This document shows, piece by piece, positions 38,515-46,451 of a DNA stretch of 64,000 bases; the stretch's first letter is position 1; every line of letters begins with the position of its first letter. A model generated the notes under the pieces. The model was not told the DNA's origin. It worked only from the letters and a program-made list of their open reading frames with translations, and ran no database searches. The stretch is from Pseudomonadota bacterium (lineage in GTDB: Bacteria; Pseudomonadota; Gammaproteobacteria; Steroidobacterales; GCA-2729495). A program made the position numbers and the translations under genes. The stretch covers positions 1,679 to 65,678 of the forward strand of contig CAUJHF010000052.1 in assembly GCA_963204745.1 (NCBI GenBank). The letters are read 5' to 3'.

Positions 38515-39075
38515 ATGCAGCAGTCTGGCACCCGCCAGCATGGCTTCACGCTGGGGGAGACCCTGACCACTCTTGCGGTACTGGGTATCAGCCTGTCGCT
38601 GGCCATCCCTGGTCTTGAGAGCCTGGCACGCGACAATGCCCGCGCCACCGCCGTGAATCAGCTGGTCGCAACCATGCATATGGCGCGCAGCGAAGCGATT
38701 ACACGCAATGCGCCGATCGCCGCATGTCCGAGTCTTGACCTGCGCAGCTGTGCGAAGACCACCTGGGAATCCGGCTGGATCAGATTCGTTGACAGCAACA
38801 GGAATCAGGATATCGACGCAGACGAATTGATACTTGGCGTCTCGCCACCGGTTCCCGGCTTTGTCATAAATTCAGAAACCTTCAGTCGTGCATTCAGCTA
38901 CGAACCATCGGGCCGCGTGGTCGCCCCTGACAGCAGGCAACACGCCGGTGACTTCATATTCTGTGCTGTGGGTACAGATGCGTCGGCCCAGGTGGTGATC
39001 GTTAACCCGGTCGGCGAACCGGCGCTCTCGCCGAAACTCGCCAATGGCAACGTACCCGATTGCACGGATATTTGA
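38515..39075 (+). CDS. Orphan GspH/FimT-like pseudopilin
   Basis: MQQSGTRQHGFTLGETLTTLAVLGISLSLAIPG (G/F site, Glu5 retained, atypical Gly4/Thr6). ...ESGWIRFVDSNRN... as in FimT/FimU. SD GGAGGGGGAA upstream. No other pilus genes adjacent. Confidence 0.7.
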   Translation: MQQSGTRQHGFTLGETLTTLAVLGISLSLAIPGLESLARDNARATAVNQLVATMHMARSEAITRNAPIAACPSLDLRSCAKTTWESGWIRFVDSNRNQDIDADELILGVSPPVPGFVINSETFSRAFSYEPSGRVVAPDSRQHAGDFIFCAVGTDASAQVVIVNPVGEPALSPKLANGNVPDCTDI

Positions 39076-39239
39076 AGCGTCCGGCTTGTTTCCCGCTGCC
39101 GCACAGGATGTACGACCGACACACCGGTTCAAGACCAGTCTATACCCGGTATATCCGTACACTTGCTAGTATCGGCATCGGGAAAGCTTGCGGACTTCAA
39201 TCCACCATCTGCTGAAATCCATTCGCCTCAGGGGGAACC

Positions 39240-42026
39240 ATGCACAACCCGATTCTGTACGCCATCCGTCGTGGCACGTTTTTCGCACTGTGCGCCACCA
39301 GCCTGACCATCGGTGTCGGCCACGCGGAAGAAGAGATCATCGTCACGGGATCGCGTATCCGTCTCGACGATTTTGTTGCAACCAGTCCCATATCGACGCT
39401 GACTTCAGACGTTGTCAGGTCAACCGGCCAGACAAACATCGAGCAACTGCTGAATACCCTGCCGCAGGTCGTGCCGGGCTTTTCAGCGACGTCGAACAAC
39501 CCGGGGGATGGCACCGCGACCGTCGATCTGCGCGGCCTTGGACCGACCAGAACCCTGGTACTAATCAACGGCCGCAGGCTGAATCCCTCCGTGAATGACG
39601 GTACCGTCGATCTCAACAACATACCTACCCCGCTGATCGACCGCATCGAGGTCGTGACCGGTGGTGCATCGGCGGTGTACGGCTCCGACGCCATGGCGGG
39701 TGTCGTCAACTTCATCCTCAAGGAGGATTTCGAGGGCCTTGATATCGGCTACCAGAACGGTTTTTCAGACAAGGGCGACGGCAACGAGTATCAGCTTGAT
39801 ATGGTACTCGGCGGCAACTTTGCCGAGGGCCGTGGCAATACCACCCTTTATGCGAGCTACTACGATCGGGAGTCGATACTGCAGGCAGATCGCCGCTATA
39901 CGCGGGTCGATACCACGGGTGGGTCATATATCAGTCGCGGAGGCCGCCTCGATAACGTATCGAACAATCCCTATCCTGAAACTGACAACGGCGAAGGCGG
40001 GTTCACCCGGAACTATGCTTTCAATCCTGATGGCACAGTACGTGGTTTTGTCAACCTGCTGCCAGAAACCAATGACGGTGCAGGCGACCGCTACAATTAT
40101 GCGCCGGACAACTTTTTGCTGACGCCGCAGAAGCGCTTTCAGCTCGGTGCTCTGGGCAGATTCGAGATCAATGATCACGCAGAGGCTTATGCCGAACTGC
40201 TGTACGTTGACAGCCGCAACAGCGTACAGCTGGCACCTACACCCGCGACAAACGTGGCCGTGGACCTGAACAGCCCGTTCCTGACACAGTCGGCAATTGA
40301 CCTGCTCGCTTCGCGCGCTGACCCGACCGGACCGGCGGTGCTCAGCCGACGCATGGTCGAGACCGGTACCCGCTCACAGGAAAATGATTCGAAGCTTGGC
40401 CAGGTCACCGCCGGACTGCGTGGCGACCTTGACTACAAGGACTGGCAGTACGACACCTACATGTCTTACGGACGCACGGATTTTGACAATTACACCAGCA
40501 ACGACGTGTCTCGTTCGCGCTTCGAAGCCGGCATCGCCGGTTGCCCCGCCGATTACCTGCAGTTCAACCCGGGCTGCGTACCGGTAAACCCCTTTGGGGC
40601 CGGCAACATCAGCGCTGAAGCCGCAGACTGGGTCCGGCTCAATTTTGCCGACAGCACGGTATTTCGTCGTACGGTCGTGAACGGCACCATCAACGGCACA
40701 CTAATGACGCTCCCGGCTGGCGACATGGGCTTTGCACTCGGTGCCGAATACAGGGAAGACAAGTCCAGCTACCGCCCCGACCAGGCCAAGGAGAGCGGCG
40801 ACATCCTCGGCTTCAACGCCCAGCAACCGGTCAGCGGCAGCTTCGACGTCAAGGAGCTTTTTGGCGAGCTGCGCATCCCGCTCATCAATGATGCACCGGG
40901 CATCGGCTTTCTTGATGCCGAACTCGGTGTGCGCTACTCCGACTACTCGACCGTCGGTGATGTGACGGCTTACAAGGCGGGTCTCAACTGGTCGCCCGCG
41001 GATGCGGTCCGGATACGCGGCATGTATCAGCGTGCCAGCCGGGCACCCAGCCTGTTCGAAATCCTGGAGAACGGGGATCAGGGCTATACCGGCATCTATT
41101 ACGATCCGTGCGAAGGTCTTGACCCGCTGGTTGACCCTGACACCGCTGCCTTTTGTGCCGAACAGGGCATAACCGACACCCAGGCGTTCAGTACCGGCAG
41201 CACACAAAACGAATTTTTCGAATACGGAAGTCCTTCTCTCAAGGAAGAAACCACCAACACCTATACGCTCGGTGTCGTGCTGCAACCGGACTCGATCCCC
41301 GACCTGCAGATATCGGTTGATTACTGGAATATCGAAGTCAAGGACTACATCAACCCGCTGGGCGGCGGCCCGTATGGTGTCATCGATGCCTGCTTCGCCT
41401 CACTCGACCTCGACAGCGCTGCCTGTTACAGCGACGAGCTCGGCCTGCCGCTGATCTATCGCGACCTGGCCAGTAATCTGAAAATCAATGTGCCGCTGAT
41501 AAACGAATCGAATCTGGACACTTCAGGGGTAGACCTGCAAGTGCAGTACGGAATTCCGATGGACTTCGCCAGCAAGCGCATATCCGGTCTGGGTGACACG
41601 CTGCGTCTGTCTTTCGTGCTGTCATGGCTCGACGAGTACGTGCTGGACGGTATCGACTACGCAGATACCAGTGGCTACTACAACATCCAGGGTTCGTTTC
41701 CCGAATACAAGGCCGTGCTGCGCCTCGGCTATGACATCGGTCCGGTCAATGTCACGTGGGCCACAACCTATATCGATGCCATGAAAAACCAGGGAAATAT
41801 TCCGGTGTTCGAGGATGGCGGGTACAGGAACCTTCCAAGCCATACCTATCACGATCTGAGTGCGGCCTGGGCGATCGACGAGACCTTTGAACTGTCGGCA
41901 GGCATCCGCAACCTGTTCGACAAGGAACCACCGGTGTACGACAACTATATCGACCAGAACACCGACCCCAGCACCTACGACATGGTCGGCCGCTTCTACT
42001 TTGCCGGAGTGCGCGCCAAGTTCTGA
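39240..42026 (+). CDS. TonB-dependent outer-membrane receptor
   Basis: Signal peptide. Plug motifs EEIIVTGSR..., ...VDLRGLGPTRTLVLINGRR... and IDRIEVVTGGASAVYGSDAMAGVVNFILK. Terminal ...RFYFAGVRAKF. Confidence 0.9.
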   Translation: MHNPILYAIRRGTFFALCATSLTIGVGHAEEEIIVTGSRIRLDDFVATSPISTLTSDVVRSTGQTNIEQLLNTLPQVVPGFSATSNNPGDGTATVDLRGLGPTRTLVLINGRRLNPSVNDGTVDLNNIPTPLIDRIEVVTGGASAVYGSDAMAGVVNFILKEDFEGLDIGYQNGFSDKGDGNEYQLDMVLGGNFAEGRGNTTLYASYYDRESILQADRRYTRVDTTGGSYISRGGRLDNVSNNPYPETDNGEGGFTRNYAFNPDGTVRGFVNLLPETNDGAGDRYNYAPDNFLLTPQKRFQLGALGRFEINDHAEAYAELLYVDSRNSVQLAPTPATNVAVDLNSPFLTQSAIDLLASRADPTGPAVLSRRMVETGTRSQENDSKLGQVTAGLRGDLDYKDWQYDTYMSYGRTDFDNYTSNDVSRSRFEAGIAGCPADYLQFNPGCVPVNPFGAGNISAEAADWVRLNFADSTVFRRTVVNGTINGTLMTLPAGDMGFALGAEYREDKSSYRPDQAKESGDILGFNAQQPVSGSFDVKELFGELRIPLINDAPGIGFLDAELGVRYSDYSTVGDVTAYKAGLNWSPADAVRIRGMYQRASRAPSLFEILENGDQGYTGIYYDPCEGLDPLVDPDTAAFCAEQGITDTQAFSTGSTQNEFFEYGSPSLKEETTNTYTLGVVLQPDSIPDLQISVDYWNIEVKDYINPLGGGPYGVIDACFASLDLDSAACYSDELGLPLIYRDLASNLKINVPLINESNLDTSGVDLQVQYGIPMDFASKRISGLGDTLRLSFVLSWLDEYVLDGIDYADTSGYYNIQGSFPEYKAVLRLGYDIGPVNVTWATTYIDAMKNQGNIPVFEDGGYRNLPSHTYHDLSAAWAIDETFELSAGIRNLFDKEPPVYDNYIDQNTDPSTYDMVGRFYFAGVRAKF

Positions 42027-42037
42027 CGAGGACCTCA

Positions 42038-42544
42038 GTGACCGGACTCGCGACTGGAGGGGTGGCCCGGACGGGCCGCCCCGTTTTATTCAAAGTGGTC
42101 GGCCCGCTGCTGGTGACCAGCCTGCCGGTGCTTGCCATCGGTAGTGACCTGGATAGTTGCCGCAGCATTGCCAGCGACAGCGAACGCCTGGCCTGCTATG
42201 ACACCATCGCTGACAGCGCTCCCGCACCAGTCGGGCCACCAGCCAGCATCAGTGCTGAATCCCTGTTCGGGCGAGATGCCGCACAGACCAGTGCGATCTT
42301 GCAACAGCAGGCCGGCGTCATCCCGCCGCAGATCCTCGATGCCGAGATCAGTTCGGTCGACACCCGCGCGGACGGCAAACAACTGCTCGGCCTGCAGAAC
42401 GGACAGCGCTGGGAGCAGATCGACGGACGGCCATTGCCTCTCGCGCCGGGCGACAGCATCCGGATCCGCAAAGCGGCTTTCGGTTCCTGGCTGCTGTACA
42501 GGCAGTCGGGTGGCCGCAGCATCCGTGTGCGCCGGACAGACTGA
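42038..42544 (+). CDS. Hypothetical secreted protein (RLACYD motif)
   Basis: GTG start 5 nt after GAGGA, 11 nt after the receptor stop. Hydrophobic N-terminus, then ...CRSIASDSERLACYDTIA.... No family assigned. Confidence 0.55.
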   Translation: MTGLATGGVARTGRPVLFKVVGPLLVTSLPVLAIGSDLDSCRSIASDSERLACYDTIADSAPAPVGPPASISAESLFGRDAAQTSAILQQQAGVIPPQILDAEISSVDTRADGKQLLGLQNGQRWEQIDGRPLPLAPGDSIRIRKAAFGSWLLYRQSGGRSIRVRRTD

Positions 42545-42546
42545 CC

Positions 42547-43104
42547 ATGAGCGACTGCAAGCAGGCAGAGAACCTTGCGCCATCGGCCTGGGTGCTGCGT
42601 TTCCTGCATCTGATCCCCGCTGGCGGCGGGGTGCTCGACCTGGCCTGCGGCAAAGGCCGGCATACCCGCCTGCTCGCAGATCGTGGACATCCGGTGACCG
42701 CAGCGGATATCGACGTCAGTGGCCTCGCCGATCGACGCAGCGACCCGCGCATCCGGATTCTGGACATCGATCTTGAAACCGGCGAGCAACTGTTCACTGG
42801 CGAACAGTTTGCCGCCGTGATCATCAGCAACTATCTGCACCGGCCTCACTTTGCGTGGCTGGCCGATACCCTGCTCCCCGGCGGTGTATTGCTGATGGAC
42901 ACCTTTGCCCGCGGCAACGAAGCCTATGGCCACCCTCGCAATCCGGACTTTCTGCTCGCACCCGGTGAATTGCTGTCAGTTTTCAGCACGCGCCTGCAGA
43001 TCGTCGCCTATGAGCATGGCCTGCAACGCCTGCCGAAACCTGCTGTCAGGCAGCGGATCTGCGCGATGAATACGCCTACTTGCGCAGCACTGAGCGCGAG
43101 CTGA
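42547..43104 (+). CDS. Class I SAM-dependent methyltransferase
   Basis: Motif I VLDLACGKGRHTRLLADRGHPVTAADID. 185 aa. Begins 2 nt after the preceding stop. Confidence 0.75.
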   Translation: MSDCKQAENLAPSAWVLRFLHLIPAGGGVLDLACGKGRHTRLLADRGHPVTAADIDVSGLADRRSDPRIRILDIDLETGEQLFTGEQFAAVIISNYLHRPHFAWLADTLLPGGVLLMDTFARGNEAYGHPRNPDFLLAPGELLSVFSTRLQIVAYEHGLQRLPKPAVRQRICAMNTPTCAALSAS

Positions 43105-45262
43105 GCGGCGAAGCGACAATGCTAGCCTCGCTGCTGTTGCCAACGAGTCCGGCGATCCGCTCACTCAGCGATGCGGGCTGACCGAACAGGTAACCCTGCG
43201 CCCAGGTAATCCCCAGCTTGCGCAACAGCGCCAGGGTCGCTTCATCCTGCACGAACTCCGCAACAGAATCGAGCTGCATCACCCGCGCCACTTCCGAGAT
43301 CGCCGCTACGACCGACTGCGATACCACGTTCGAACTCAGATCATGAATGAAGCTGCCGTCGATCTTGAGAGTATCTACCGGGAACAGCTTCAGGTAGGCG
43401 AAGGAACTGAGCCCGGTCCCGAAATCATCCAGCGAAAACTTGCAACCGGTCCGTTTCAGCGTGTGCATGAAAGTCTGCGCGCGCTGAAGATTGGCAACCG
43501 CCACGGACTCGGTGATCTCGAAACACAGCATCTCCGGCGGCACACTGCTTGCCACGATCCGGTCCTGCACGAAGGGCAGGAACTGTTCACTGCCCAGGCT
43601 TTGTCCGGACAGGTTGATGGCGAAGCGCGTACCGGTGCCGGCGAGGCGCACAGCATGAGGTTCCAGCAGCTGCAGCGTACGCGTCACCACCCAGCGATCC
43701 AGTTCCTCCATGAGCTGGTAGCGTTCTGCCGCTGACAGGAAGTCAGCTGGTGGTACTTGACGATCCTCATCGTCGAGAAATCGCACCAGCACTTCGCAAT
43801 AGGGATGACCTGTGCCTTCCCTGATGGGGACGATCGCCTGGGCCACCAGCTGCAACCGGTCTGACTCTATGGCGTTGCGGATCTGGCCGACCAGACGGAT
43901 ATCATCGAAGCGCTGGATGATCGATTCGTCCGCAGCCTGATAGACCTCTACGCGCCCGCGCCCACGATCCTTGGCGGCACCGCAAGCGACCTTGGCGGCT
44001 GCAAGCGGCCCGCCCTCAACCTCGTCGCTGCCGCCGAGGGGTCCCACGCCAATGCTCACGGAAGCCCTGTAGATGCGGTCACCGCGACCAAATTCAAGCA
44101 GACGCACGCTGCTGCAGATCTTCTCCGCATGCTGTCGCGCCATCTCAATATCCGTATCGACCAGCAGGGCTGCAAAGCTGTCGCTGGTGATACGCGTCAG
44201 CAGATGACCAGGCAGCTCTTCTCGCGCAATCCTTGCGAATCCGCTCAGGATCTCGTCACCGACCTCGCGTCCGAGCGTGTCGTTGGCCACATGCAGGCGG
44301 TCCATATCGAAATAGAGCAGGGCATTGTTGCTGTCGCCAGCGGCGTGGCCCATGGTCCTCAGCAGATCTTCGAAACTCGGCCAGGCCATGAAGCCCGTCA
44401 GGTCATCGAAGCCCCGCTGCAGAATGGTCTCGACGTGCGACGCCAGGTAACGTGCGACGCGTGTACGGCGACGCTGACTGAAGTCCGCCGTGCGCCAGCC
44501 TGCCAGTGCGAGGATTCCGGCCTGACGTTTATCGGCGTGGCAGATATTGACGGTATACAGATCCGAACCGAACCACTTGTCCGGCGGCACTATGCGCAGA
44601 CCACCTTGACGGTCTTCACCTTGCGCCTCGATGCTCGCATCGAGCATTGTGGCCAGCTCGGCATTATTCAGCCCATCACCCTGGATCAGGGCAATCCGCC
44701 GGTCGGGGACCAGCAGCGCTGCCGAATCAACCTGCAGATAGTGGCGGCACAGGGCCAGCACCTTGCCGAGCACATGATTGCAATCGCCGTTATCGTGAGC
44801 CACGCGATCCACGTCATGCAGCAGGCGCTCTTCGGCGGCCTGTATGTTGAGTTTGCGGTAACTGTCCAGCAACCTGAAGCGCAGACTCAGCTCACGCTGC
44901 AGAGTCTGTACAGCAGGGCGTGCGAGTTCGAGGCAGCGTACCGCATCCATTGTGCTTGCCGGCGGCTCAACCAGGATCACCAGCACACCGAGTGTCTGGT
45001 CCTTCTCGCTGCGCAAGGGCAGCAGATAGGCAGCCCCATGACCAAGGTCCACGCGCTCGGCTGCCGGGCATTCGGCCTCGCGAAAAGCAGCGAGTGCAGA
45101 TTCATAGCGACCATTGGGACTCACTGCACCGGAACCGGGATCCTTCCAGATCGCAGCACCCTCCCGGCTGTAGCAATAGAAGCCACAGGCCTCCGGCAGC
45201 AGGATACGCAGCAACGCAGCGTAATCGCCGAGCACCTGGTCTTGTGCCGGACCATCAGCCAT
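43076..45262 (-). CDS. Signalling protein: N-terminal sensory (GAF-like) region, degenerate GGDEF domain, EAL phosphodiesterase domain
   Basis: The GGDEF position reads RITSDSFAALL (SDSF instead of GGDEF). EAL domain motifs YCEVLVRF, FAINLS, CFEITES, DDFGTGLSS, KIDGSF and AEFV...QGY are intact. I prefer the ATG at 45262 (MADGPAQ...). Confidence 0.85.
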   Translation of the reverse strand: MADGPAQDQVLGDYAALLRILLPEACGFYCYSREGAAIWKDPGSGAVSPNGRYESALAAFREAECPAAERVDLGHGAAYLLPLRSEKDQTLGVLVILVEPPASTMDAVRCLELARPAVQTLQRELSLRFRLLDSYRKLNIQAAEERLLHDVDRVAHDNGDCNHVLGKVLALCRHYLQVDSAALLVPDRRIALIQGDGLNNAELATMLDASIEAQGEDRQGGLRIVPPDKWFGSDLYTVNICHADKRQAGILALAGWRTADFSQRRRTRVARYLASHVETILQRGFDDLTGFMAWPSFEDLLRTMGHAAGDSNNALLYFDMDRLHVANDTLGREVGDEILSGFARIAREELPGHLLTRITSDSFAALLVDTDIEMARQHAEKICSSVRLLEFGRGDRIYRASVSIGVGPLGGSDEVEGGPLAAAKVACGAAKDRGRGRVEVYQAADESIIQRFDDIRLVGQIRNAIESDRLQLVAQAIVPIREGTGHPYCEVLVRFLDDEDRQVPPADFLSAAERYQLMEELDRWVVTRTLQLLEPHAVRLAGTGTRFAINLSGQSLGSEQFLPFVQDRIVASSVPPEMLCFEITESVAVANLQRAQTFMHTLKRTGCKFSLDDFGTGLSSFAYLKLFPVDTLKIDGSFIHDLSSNVVSQSVVAAISEVARVMQLDSVAEFVQDEATLALLRKLGITWAQGYLFGQPASLSERIAGLVGNSSEASIVASPLSSRSVLRK

Positions 45263-45327
45263 AAATCCTGCAGCAACCTTGTATGGTCTAAACCGCTGAA
45301 ATTGTGACGAAATCACGACTGGAACGG

Positions 45328-45350
45328 CGTGATCCCCCTCGCAGATCACG
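45328..45350. promoter_or_regulatory. 7-bp inverted repeat CGTGATC-N9-GATCACG in the nadA / EAL-gene divergent intergenic region
   Basis: Read directly: 45328-45334 and 45344-45350. A third related half-site (GTGAcgaaaTCACG) lies at 45304-45317, 72-118 nt upstream of the nadA ATG. Confidence 0.25.
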
Positions 45351-45421
45351 CAGACCGGCTGGTGCCTTATACTTTGCCCTTCTGCGCACAAGCTGCGCCC
45401 TGTCACGGACGAGACGAGCGG

Positions 45422-46432
45422 ATGACATCAGCCTTTACTGCCGAGATCGAGCGCGAGACCCACGACCTCTACGATCGTGTCCGTCACGTAATACCCGACG
45501 TGGAATGGTCTGTTCATGCGCCGCTGATTTCCGCTATCAACCAACTGAAGCGTGAGCGCAAGGCACTGATTCTTGTGCATAATTACATGACACCGGAGAT
45601 CTTTCACGGTGTTGCAGACTACTCGGGAGACTCGCTCGGCCTGGCCCAGTTCGGGGCACGCACCGAGGGCGACGTCATCGTGATGTGCGGTGTGCACTTC
45701 ATGGCGGAGACGGCCAAAATCCTCAGCCCGGAAAAGACCGTCCTGCTGCCCGACCTGCAGGCCGGCTGCTCGCTCGCCGCGTCAATTACCGGTGCCGATG
45801 TTCGCGCCCTCCGCGCCCGACACCCGGGCCTGCCGGTCGTGACTTATGTCAATACTTCGGCCGAAGTCAAGGCGGAATCGGATATCTGCTGTACCTCGGC
45901 CAATGCGGTACAGGTCGTCGAGTCGCTGGGTGTCGACAAGGTGATCTTCATCCCCGACCAGTTTCTCGGACAATACGTGGCCAGCCAGACCAAGGTGGAA
46001 CTGGTGATGTGGGAAGGTGCCTGCGAGGTTCACGAACGCTTCTCGGGCGCCGAGTTGCGCGAGTTCCGCAGCATGCACCCGGGTATCCATGTCATGGCAC
46101 ATCCGGAATGCCCGGACGATGTCCTGCAGGAGGCGGACTACGTCGGCTCTACCTCGGCCATGATCGACCACGTCGGGAAAGTCCACCCGAAGCAGGTCGC
46201 GATGATCACCGAGTGCTCGATGGCCGGCAATGTTGCAGTCGAGTTTCCGGATATCGAGTTCATCCAGCCCTGCAACCTGTGCCCGCACATGAAGCGCATT
46301 ACCCTGCCCCGCATTCTTGCCGCCCTGGAGACACTGAGTCCGGCGATAGACGTTCCTGCAGACATTGCACAGCGAGCCAGGCTGTCACTTGAGCGCATGC
46401 TGGCTGTTGGCCGCAGCGCTGCGCGCGACTGA
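45422..46432 (+). CDS. nadA: Quinolinate synthase A
   Basis: ATG 45422 (MTSAFTAEIE...). ...LILVHNYMTPEI...GDSLGLA...VMCGVHFMAETAKIL... and ...CTSANAV... are NadA motifs. Confidence 0.9.
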   Translation: MTSAFTAEIERETHDLYDRVRHVIPDVEWSVHAPLISAINQLKRERKALILVHNYMTPEIFHGVADYSGDSLGLAQFGARTEGDVIVMCGVHFMAETAKILSPEKTVLLPDLQAGCSLAASITGADVRALRARHPGLPVVTYVNTSAEVKAESDICCTSANAVQVVESLGVDKVIFIPDQFLGQYVASQTKVELVMWEGACEVHERFSGAELREFRSMHPGIHVMAHPECPDDVLQEADYVGSTSAMIDHVGKVHPKQVAMITECSMAGNVAVEFPDIEFIQPCNLCPHMKRITLPRILAALETLSPAIDVPADIAQRARLSLERMLAVGRSAARD

Positions 46433-46451
46433 TTCGGGCACCCGCCCCCAA

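Noticed and set aside
39076-39239. Possible cobalamin riboswitch upstream of the TonB-dependent receptor, and likewise at 13509-13656 upstream of the MetE-like gene
   Set aside because: I saw only a weak resemblance (GGGAAAG...TCAATCC). There is no B12 box (GCCACTG) and the regions are shorter than a B12 aptamer plus expression platform. A covariance-model scan (Rfam RF00174) would settle it.
44129-45307. 392-aa plus-strand ORF opposite the GGDEF/EAL gene
   Set aside because: The EAL and GGDEF motifs read cleanly on the minus strand, and the plus-frame product has no recognisable features.
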